NCBI GenBank assembly: GCA_010093745.1
Contig: MU005957.1
Coordinates: 434,001-498,000 of the forward strand
Reading direction: 5' to 3'
Origin: Piedraia hortae CBS 480.64
Taxonomy: Eukaryota
DNA: 64,000 nt
Program-made: the position numbers and the translations under genes
Notes under the pieces: model-generated
Told to the model about the DNA's origin: nothing
Databases searched by the model: none
Seen by the model: the letters and a program-made list of their open reading frames with translations, nothing else
In this document: positions 25,680 to 34,495 of the stretch, piece after piece
Layout of the letters: each line of letters starts with the position of its first letter
Numbering within the stretch: the stretch's first letter is position 1

Positions 25680-26820
25680 TCACACGTCACGCACTTTTGC
25701 ATCTGGCGCAATTACCGGTCCACTCATATCCACTGCCTCCTCGGGTTCGTTCTTGGGATGTTCGGATTCAGGCAGGAACTTTACCTCGTTCCCCGTCTGG
25801 CCAATAACCAGCTTGTTCTCTTTCAGATCGATGACGGCCTGGAAACGTTTCAGCATATCCAGACCCAGAAGGAGATCGACGCCCTTGCCCTCCATGACGG
25901 TAAATGAACAGGGCATTACGTCGTTCCCGATTTTGATAGGAGCGGAGTGGACGCGACCGAGGATCTTTGCCGTTCCAACGCCGCGGGCGACGCCCGCGTA
26001 GCGTTTGTCAATCAGTCGCATTATCTCGCACATTTCGGCGCACCTGGGCGACATGATGGTTGTTTGCGCTCCAGAATCCACAAATGCCTGCACGGCATGA
26101 CGGTTGACTTCGACGGGGATATAGAGCATCGATACGCGAGCAAAGACCTCGGGGTTATGTTCGTACGCAAATTGGAGGTTCTCGTTGACGGCCTGTTGGC
26201 GAATGGTTTCCTCAATCTTGGCTTGCGCTTCGAGGTTGAACGGGTCTTCGTTCAAAATGCGAGCTTGCTCCTCCATCTCGTTTGCAAGGTTGCTTTCTAT
26301 ATGCACGCGCTCCATCCAAACTTCGCGGAACCGCATGGGGTCGTTGATCTCGTTTGCTAACGAAGGCATGTAGTGTTGGATTTGACGGAGGGAGTCGGGG
26401 TTGGCAATGAGGCCTCGACGTGTTGCTTCAATTTCGTCGGCCCCTTGCGGCCGGTGAAAAGGCCCCGTGCCCTGTGTAGGCCGTGGTTGTTGTCTAGCCG
26501 GAGCCTGCTGTTGGCCGACCGGTGCATCGACGATTTGCAGGCCAATGATGTCCTCATCCTGGATCCCTAACGTGCCGAGCGTTATGGTGGTATCGCGCAC
26601 CGCCTGGTTGTGATACCAGAACTGCTGTCTCTCAGGAGGGACGTCAATCTCGGCATGAATAAACGTCTTGAGATCGTCCAACGTAAGATCGTGGGATACA
26701 TCGTAGGCGATCACCTCACGGTCATACTGATGAGCATTGCCAAGAATGGATATGGTAAGGTAAGGCCTAGCGATTTGATCGTCAGCGTCTATTATTCGGA
26801 TGCGCCCTGCTAACTCACAT
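25680..26820 (-). CDS. DDI1: DNA damage-inducible protein Ddi1 (UBL + HDD + retropepsin-like protease)
   Basis: DPFNLEAQAKIEETIRQ, MLYIPVEVN..AFVDSGAQTTIMS, LLLGLDMLKR; ATG reconstructed across intron 26767-26818. Confidence 0.93.
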
Positions 26821-27088
26821 TGTGATGGACACGGTATGAAAAAAAAAACAAGCCACAAACAACGGTGGCCCCGCCCTCATGTCACTCCACCTCAACCCCA
26901 CTTCTGGACCCCCGCATTTGGACCCCGCCATTCGAGTGACGCAATAACGGTCCCGATATCTGATACTGGGACCAATTCACGCCATGAGCTTCTGTGGACT
27001 AGTGTACATGGCCAAACCACCATCTTCGCTCACATAAACAGCATCGATTAAATTATACAGGTTAACAGACTAGGGTATTAACGTTCGC

Positions 27089-29017
27089 TCATCTCCGTAT
27101 CTTGACTTCCTCTTCACCAATCAACCTGACCCTGTACAAACAAGTATTGGGCGCCCCCCAGTTGGTGACAACCCTTACAATAAACTTGTCAAAGCCATTG
27201 GAAGACGCAACTCCAAACCTTTGGACCCAATTGTCACCGTTGACATCATACCTGCCTGTTCCCAGGCAAATGTATTGCGATGCTGGCGGAGTAGTCGCGC
27301 ATCCCGCAGAGTAAGGGCCTTCGAGACCACGCATGTCTGTATCACCTGTCATTTTGCCAGCTCTCGCCCAGAACTCCAAGTCCCTGGGTGCAGACCCAAT
27401 GACATCTTCTTCGCCTGTGGGGACATGCTCCATGACAAACTCTCTCGGAACCACCCTCTTAGGTAGCGTTACGGCAAGTTGGGCCTTTGGGTCTCCATAA
27501 ATGGACGCTGCAGCGCACCAGCAATCTCCTGCTTCCGCCCAACGCTCCAATGCTGCGTTGGGTGTTCGATGAGCAGTGCGAGATGTAAGGTAGATGTCTG
27601 CTTTCGCGCCAAGGGCGGGGGAGAAGAAGTTTTTCTCATGTATGGATTGTTGCATGTTCATTATTATTCTGCTCTGGGCGAGTTCACGCGCCTGTTCGTG
27701 CGAAAGGGATGCTGCAGACATCCTTTGTGAGAGAGCTTTTGCAATTTTTTCTTCGACTTCTATCAAGCTCGAGCCGAACTCTTTGCGGAGCTCACTAAAC
27801 CGCGCATTCATCACATCACGAAATGCATCGGATGTTATAACATGCAGCTTTTCTTCTTTGGCTGCCGATCCATCATTGTCCTTGAGCGCTTCAAGCCGGT
27901 CTGTGTTGCTCTTGACAAAGTCGTTCCAGAGAGACGTGTTCTTCTCTCCGCTCAAACGCTGCTGAAGTGCCTGCCAAAATTGCTCGGGAATGTCTAATTG
28001 GTCGTTGGACTTGCTGACAACAATGAGTGAAGGGAGCATCTCTTGCAGAGATCGCAACGCTTGGTCCTGATGCGTCGTTATCGCTTCTAGGTGGTTGATG
28101 CGCGAAATGTAGTGATCAATGTCCTTTGATTCAGTGTGCAATATTGACATCTTGGGCCACTCGAATGACAGCTGCGGGTAGTCCCATGGGACTGAAAAGA
28201 AGGTCCATACTAAGGCTAGAGCTCCAGCGAGCACTAGAAGTCCAAGCACAGCCTGGGCCCAAGTGTTGAAATTGATTTCTTGCCAAGGCCATTCGAATAC
28301 AGGATTCCCATCCGTGTATTCATGATCAGTGTCAATTGGAGTAAACTGTCGCATATTTCTAAGATTCTGTGGCTCGGAAGAATCGGATTGGTCTGTATCA
28401 CTGCTTGATGGCGAGAGTGGCCCTCTCCGATGCACAACGGGCTGGGGGATTGTACGGCGCCGAATCGCTGAGTCCTCTTGGCTGAGCCGCGTAGCAGCAG
28501 TTCTGCTCATCGCAGTCGGACGGCAAGCCACATTTCCCTGACTTGTAGCATACGATACAGAATCGGTGGATTCTTCTGGTGCAATCTTACTCCCGGTGGT
28601 TACATGGGACTTCAAAGCTGGCCGTTTGGCATTCAAGACAGACTCGTTCCTTGAACCAAGCACAGCTTCGGGACTATCAACTGTCCCGTCTGCTGCATCA
28701 GACATGGTCAGCCGATCTGTGTTGGCAAATAACAGAGTTGTTGACAGAATCCTACTCTGCACCTTTGCCTGACCCCGATCGTCCACACGAGGCGAAACAT
28801 TTGCCAGTCTGGGCACCTTCGATTCAACTGCTGACGTGAATCGTTGTTGGTCAAGATCATCGTCATTGTTAAGCCGCACTTTCTTCGATTCGTTTACAGG
28901 TTCATCATGGACTATATGACAGTTTGGCGTGACTCTTGTAATCTTATCAGCAACCTTGGCTGATTCTCTTGCCTCCGCGTTCCGTGTCTGTAATCGCGTC
29001 TGGCGTTTGGGAGGCAT
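27089..29017 (-). CDS. SUN-domain (Sad1/UNC-84) nuclear envelope / spindle pole body protein
   Basis: Single TM (WAQAVLGLLVLAGALALVWTFF), coiled coil, NFFSPALGA..D..LTS, W.EAGDCWC, APRDLEFW, VVTNWGAPNTCLYRVRLIG. Confidence 0.9.
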   Translation of the reverse strand: MPPKRQTRLQTRNAEARESAKVADKITRVTPNCHIVHDEPVNESKKVRLNNDDDLDQQRFTSAVESKVPRLANVSPRVDDRGQAKVQSRILSTTLLFANTDRLTMSDAADGTVDSPEAVLGSRNESVLNAKRPALKSHVTTGSKIAPEESTDSVSYATSQGNVACRPTAMSRTAATRLSQEDSAIRRRTIPQPVVHRRGPLSPSSSDTDQSDSSEPQNLRNMRQFTPIDTDHEYTDGNPVFEWPWQEINFNTWAQAVLGLLVLAGALALVWTFFSVPWDYPQLSFEWPKMSILHTESKDIDHYISRINHLEAITTHQDQALRSLQEMLPSLIVVSKSNDQLDIPEQFWQALQQRLSGEKNTSLWNDFVKSNTDRLEALKDNDGSAAKEEKLHVITSDAFRDVMNARFSELRKEFGSSLIEVEEKIAKALSQRMSAASLSHEQARELAQSRIIMNMQQSIHEKNFFSPALGAKADIYLTSRTAHRTPNAALERWAEAGDCWCAAASIYGDPKAQLAVTLPKRVVPREFVMEHVPTGEEDVIGSAPRDLEFWARAGKMTGDTDMRGLEGPYSAGCATTPPASQYICLGTGRYDVNGDNWVQRFGVASSNGFDKFIVRVVTNWGAPNTCLYRVRLIGEEEVKIRR

Positions 29018-29339
29018 TGTTTACATGGTTCTACCGGATGACATAGGTTGATTTCCGAACCAGTGATATGATCGATTTGTCTCGTAGATTGCTTAGGTTT
29101 CCTCTCAGCCAGTTGCGATTTAATGGAGCAGCTGCTGTAGGTGACTTTGCTGATTCAGCTCCTTGGTAACGCATTTCTAGCGCAGACGCGGAACAACACC
29201 CGCGCTCCCTGCCCCGCTCCCAAATTTCTTTCTCTTCTCACAATCCACAACACCACTTCCTCCTCGCGCACCTGGAGACATGGCCACACGCTGGTTCTAT
29301 TGAATGGATGTTGACGTGACTACAAGGTCTCTTGCTCAA

Positions 29340-30137
29340 GGATTGGCGCCGCTACATGGGGTGGCCGCCTTCTGTGTGTGCCGCCTGTTTACCTTGAAAT
29401 GTTCATAGGCTGACTTTGACGATAGGTCAAACGGAGTACCGCCCGGCGGCTTTTGCCGCTGGGTGCCGCCACCTCCTGTTGCCCGCCCTAGTGGCGGGCG
29501 ACCAGTCCCATCCGGCCTTGTGCTGCGTTGGGATGCTTTTTGCCTCGGCGGCACGCCGACCCTGACGCTTGATGGGTTCGATCAACATGGTGCGTCGCCT
29601 TGGCCCCCTTGGGATTGACGGCTCCGCTACGGCGGGGTCGTCGCCCCTCTTGAAGGCAGGCAGCCTGGGTTCGGCCATCCGGCCAGTGCGCCGCTTATGA
29701 ACACGGACTCGTGTATCCGATGGATGCACGCTACGCGGAATTTTGGAGCGCCCAAAGGAGCCTGGGAAACTCTAAAGGGCTGATGCTCCCACGAAGAAGT
29801 CGGGCAGAGTCGCCCATGACCCACGGAAAAGTCGTGCCAGATTGCACGCAGCATGTGACGCGATGATGTCACCTACCGAGTTGGAGCAAGGCACGCTCCT
29901 ATAAGTCCTACAGTTGATGGTACTGTTAGGCAGCCAACATTGTCGAAGACCCCAATAAGGGATGAAGACTAAGACAAATGCCGGAGCAGCTATAAGAGTT
30001 GTCCGGCAGCCGGCAGCTGGTAAAGTTGTTCGGCAGAAATATCTTGATGCATTGAAATGGTAAGTCATACTCTCTGCTTCATTCGTGGTTTATCTCGTGG
30101 TGCCAGGTATGTACCCCCGGATCATAAACTAATCTAG
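29340..30137 (+). ncRNA. Candidate large structured non-coding RNA, identity unknown
   Basis: More than 10 consecutive hairpins with G-U pairs on the + strand, including a C(UACG)G-capped 11-bp stem; no credible ORF; splice-like signals at the 3' end; boundaries approximate. Confidence 0.55.
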
Positions 30138-30320
30138 GCAATGGACTGCGATGCGGATGGATGGAAGACGAGACGTGAATCGGGCGAACGTATTGGTCAA
30201 CGTATTGGTCAGTGGATACCTTTGGAATGGACGAATGTATAATATCGATTGTTTACTGTCACTTTTCCACTGTCCGTTGTCTGTTGTCAATCCCTCGCAA
30301 TGAGTACAAAATGTTTTGCA

Positions 30321-31415
30321 CTAGTACAGTCCCTCAACAAGTTTCCTTACCTCTGCATCACCCCCGGCAGCATTCACGATCGTGTCAACTTGGTCCTTCC
30401 CAACTCCGCGTTCAGTCAATGTCGTCTTAAGACCAAGCCTCTCTACCAGGTCAAGGACGGCTTGTCCGACTGCAACGGCGTCCTTTTTGTCATCTCCCGT
30501 TGGCGCAATGCCTATAAAGGGTGCCACACGGGCTATCTGCGCAGCATCGGCTGGGTTCTGGGCCTTGAGCTTGACAACATGGCCGAGGGTCAGACAAGAA
30601 GTTATCCCGTGCGGAATACCATAAGGCGAGCCAAGAGCGTAGCCCAACGAATGGGACAAGCCCAAGCCGCCTTTGGTATTCAAGCCTAGGAATCCCAAAG
30701 AAGCAAATGTTGCCAGTTGAAGATGTGTGATAACGTCCTCGTCCTTTGGATCTTCCTTGTAGCGGGGAAGATACTTGAAAAGCTCGCCGGCAGCCTGCAG
30801 GGTCATCCAGCGACAGGGCATCTCGGTGGCGGTGGGATGATACATGAGTTCTATGGCATGATCAACCGAACGCATTGCAGAGCTCAGCATCAACCAGATT
30901 GGCGTGTGAAGGGTAAATGAACTGTCGTAGAGGACAGCGTTGGGGGCGAGCTGAGGATCGGCCACTCGCGTCTTGCGTCCGTTGGCATCCATGTGCCCGG
31001 CGCCAGAGGTGCATTCGGCCGCGCTCAAGGTGGTGGGGATGGCGATGTGATGTAGCCAGCGCCCGCTGATTTCGTGAAAGCGGTAGGAGATTGTTTTGGC
31101 GCAGTCAATGGGACTACCTCCGCCCAGGGAGACGAGTGTGTCAATGGCTGGGTCCTCGGCCACCTTTCCAGTTGCCTCATCCAGCTGTGCTATGGGAACA
31201 AATTGGCCAATATGATCAAACGTTCCGGCATGTCGTTGATCGAGTAAGCCCTCGACCTGGCCGATGAGGTCTGTCTTGGCAATCGAGGATGTGGTGACGA
31301 TGAAAGCCCGCGACTTGTCGCTGGGAAGACAGTCGAGGAGGTGTTTTTTCACACAGCCGCTTCCATAGTACAGCTGAGCGATGACGTTTGGCTTCCAATA
31401 GCCCATGTCCAACAT
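30321..31415 (-). CDS. Iron-containing alcohol dehydrogenase family protein (maleylacetate reductase-like)
   Basis: LGGGSPIDCAK, IPTTLSAAECT, RSVDHAIE, LSHSLGY, IPHGITSC; start at MLDMGYWKP (31415) or 31406. Confidence 0.88.
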   Translation of the reverse strand: MLDMGYWKPNVIAQLYYGSGCVKKHLLDCLPSDKSRAFIVTTSSIAKTDLIGQVEGLLDQRHAGTFDHIGQFVPIAQLDEATGKVAEDPAIDTLVSLGGGSPIDCAKTISYRFHEISGRWLHHIAIPTTLSAAECTSGAGHMDANGRKTRVADPQLAPNAVLYDSSFTLHTPIWLMLSSAMRSVDHAIELMYHPTATEMPCRWMTLQAAGELFKYLPRYKEDPKDEDVITHLQLATFASLGFLGLNTKGGLGLSHSLGYALGSPYGIPHGITSCLTLGHVVKLKAQNPADAAQIARVAPFIGIAPTGDDKKDAVAVGQAVLDLVERLGLKTTLTERGVGKDQVDTIVNAAGGDAEVRKLVEGLY

Positions 31416-31480
31416 CTTCACAACTTGATTTCGAGCAACTGTCGTTTTGATAAAGTAATCCCTCAGGCGGGCGAAGCTTC

Positions 31481-32438
31481 TCAGCTTTTCCCGAGGACGC
31501 CTCTTATCCACCTCCCCACCTCCTTCAACCGAGCACCATCAACACCCGTCTTCAATCCCAACCCGTGCATCAGCTCCACCAAATCCTCCGTCGCAACATT
31601 CCCCGTCGCACCAGGGCTAAACGGACACCCACCTAATCCACCCACACTCGCATCGAACCTGGTATACCCCTCCTCCAAACACCTAACCACGCAATCTTTC
31701 GCCATAGAATTCGTGTCATGAAAATGCCACCCAACCCTCTTCTTCTCAAACCGTCCTACTTCGCGAAGCATCCCTCCTACCCTCACCGGCGTAGCCGATC
31801 CAGTAGTATCTGAAATCACAACCTCATCGACCCCCTGTAGCCCCAAAACCTCCTCCACCAGCAACGCAACCCTCCCAACCCCGACTACCCCTTCATAAGG
31901 ACAATCAAACGCCGTAGAGACATAAACCCTCCTCCACCTCCCCTCTGAAACCCCCAACGAACCCCTCAACCTCTCCATCGACTCCCCAATCGAACAATTC
32001 GTATTCCGTCGTGAGAAAGTCTCACTCGCGCTTAGCAGGAAGGCGAGGGAATGCTCCCCCCTTTCTTTGCAGAGGGCGTTGAATTCCTCCATCGCTTTCG
32101 CGTTGGGCACGAGCCATTGGTACTTCGTGCCGGGTCGGATGGGGAGGGTGGTGAGGAGGGCGGGTGTATCCCTCATCTTGGATGGTTAGTTAGGGCGGTG
32201 TAGATGTGTGAAAGCGTACCTGTGGAACGAGTTTGGGATTCACGAACGCGCCGGCTTCGATTGTGGGTAGGCCGGTTTCGGAGAGGTTTGCGATGAGGCG
32301 ATGTTTGACCTCCAAGGGGAGGGTGGTGGGCTCGTTTTGGAGACCATCCCGTGGGCTTACTTCGGTTAGGTGGATGGATGTGTGGAGTTGGCGCGGGCGG
32401 ATCCATTGAGGGAGGAGTTTCGTGAGGTGGGTGCGCAT
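31481..32438 (-). CDS. Hydroxymethylglutaryl-CoA lyase family protein (mitochondrial-type)
   Basis: EVSPRDGLQNE, IEAGAFVNPKLVPQ | intron 32177-32219 | MRD; HFHDT; GLGGCPFSPGATGNVATEDLV. Confidence 0.92.
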
Positions 32439-32537
32439 TTGGTTGGTTTCATGAGGAGTTCGCGTCTACATGCGGACTCTCGGGGCTTGGATGGATGAAT
32501 TCAACGCTGGAAACACTATACAAACGCTACAGAACGC

Positions 32538-34185
32538 TCAAAACTTGACCTGAAATCTTGGATTCGTCCTTAACCTTTCACCATAGTAATAAAACGCCCA
32601 GGGAATGGGACACATGGCGAGTGCGACGAACGCGAGGAGGCTATTTCCCCATCCCAGTCCAAGGGCATCGTACATTTGAAGCCCGAACAGAGGAAAGAAG
32701 GCTCCGAGGAGCGACCTCAACACAGTATTCGCCGCCAATGCCGATGCTGGATAACGTCAGCTGTTGCCAAGTCTCAATGGACGGGTACCCCACCAGCATA
32801 TTGCGAATACGTATCGACCAAGTAGGTGTTGATGCACATGAAAGCGGCAATGAGGCCGATTCCAATGATCAATGTACCCAAGAGCGGCACCGCCCATTGC
32901 TCGTTATGCTGTGCTGTCCAGCCGTAGATAAACAAGCCCACAGGAACGGTGAGTCCGGCATACATGAGCGGTGGTAGGCGGAACTCGGGCTTCATCTCGC
33001 CGTTGCCGCGAGTGATAGCCAAGCGCTTCATGATTGGGTCTGATATCTTGCCCAGGATGGCAAGACCAAGCAGCATACCGACGCCCATTCCTATATACCT
33101 GTTCGAAAGTATTAGCGGTGCGGAAGATGGCAAGTGGTATCGACATACACCAGACCAACATGGCTCGCCGAGAAGTGGTAACGTTGTTCAAAGACAAAGG
33201 TATATGTTGTGAAGAGGAGGTATAGAATGCCATATACGATTCCCATGTATAGACACATCAAGGAACAAATGGGCGAGAACAGCATCATCTTAGCTGGACG
33301 GACAAGTGAGCGGATCCAGAGCTCTTTCGTGGAAACTCCAGAATCCAACTTGGATCGAAAAGTTTTATCAGGCGACTCCTTCCTCAGACGTTGGGCCTTT
33401 CTTTCCAGCAAGACAGCAGGATATGTTTCCTTCAACAGCACAAAGGACGCCAAAGTTGAAACGCCATAAGCAATGGAGATGACCCAGAACGACCACCTCC
33501 AACCCGCCGCATCAGCCAAAAATCCGCCTGCAATGGGTCCTATAACGGGTCCCAAAAGAGGACCCATCGCCCAGATAGCCATAGCTGCACCACGCTGTGC
33601 AGGCGGCATGAGATCAGCAATCGTGCCGCCTCCATTTGTTATGGTCGCAACTCCGCAACAACCGGCAAGAAATCGAAAGACGATGAGCGAGGCCATATTT
33701 GGCGCCAACGCGCAGGCTACATTCCAAATCACAAACAGTACATTGAAAACGTGATAGACCATGGCACGACCCAGCATTTCACTCAGCGGCGCTGCCAGAA
33801 GCGGCCCAAAGGCGAAGCCTAGGACAAACACAGATACCACGAACGTTGCGAGGTTTCGATTCTCGGTGTGGAAATCTTTGAGCAGGGCTGGGACGGCTGG
33901 GGCAAACATTGAAGATGCCAACGGAGAGAGAAGCGTCAAGAGTGAAAGCAGGGCTATCTGGGCCCATTTGTGTTTCGGACTCCAGTTCAGTGGATTTGCT
34001 GGATCGTTGGGACCATCCCAGTCTACGATCATCGGCCCCTCGATACCGCTTTCAAGGTCGTTGGTTGCATCAGGTGCAACGCCGACAGATTTCTCGCTAT
34101 AATCATCCTTGATGTTTCTCATATCCTGGAGTTCAATGTCGGATACCTGGCGGCCTGCATCATGGGATGAAGATGCTGTAGCCAT
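32538..34185 (-). CDS. MFS DHA1-family drug:H+ antiporter (2 introns)
   Basis: [64 protein letters not shown]. Confidence 0.93.
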
Positions 34186-34410
34186 GACCAGCACGCATCC
34201 GCAGAGATCGCGTCCTCATGCGCTCGAGGCATTGAATACTCCAGCCCTGCAAAAGTCCTGCGCAAAGGAAGCGCCACCGGGAGAGTCTGGTCCGCGACCC
34301 CGAAGATTCGGAGAACCGGTCATCCGGTAAACCGGATTCGACAAAAGTCAAAAAGAAAGTTTCCTTCCTGGCCCTTGCCATAAGCCATCGCACTTCCACT
34401 TAACTTTTAT

Positions 34411-34411
34411 C

Positions 34412-34446
<35 letters not shown>

Positions 34447-34447
34447 C
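34411..34447. repeat. (CAA)12 microsatellite
   Basis: Perfect caa repeat between the Zn2Cys6 gene 3' end and the MFS start. Confidence 0.95.
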
Positions 34448-34495
34448 TAACCAGGGATATCTTCGTCTAAGCGTTTATAACATTCACATCGTACA

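Noticed and set aside
29757..29790. Hammerhead-like words (gaaac, ctgatg) in the structured region
   Set aside because: Core reads CUGAUGC rather than CUGAUGA and the three-stem topology could not be built
30188..30211. 12-bp tandem direct repeat acgtattggtca x2
   Set aside because: A single slippage-type duplication with no element between the copies; not a TSD or array
31416..31511. Fe-ADH ORF extension overlapping the HMG-CoA lyase stop
   Set aside because: The extension (MDKRRPREKL...) has no family similarity and starts at a non-ATG codon; a downstream ATG is more likely
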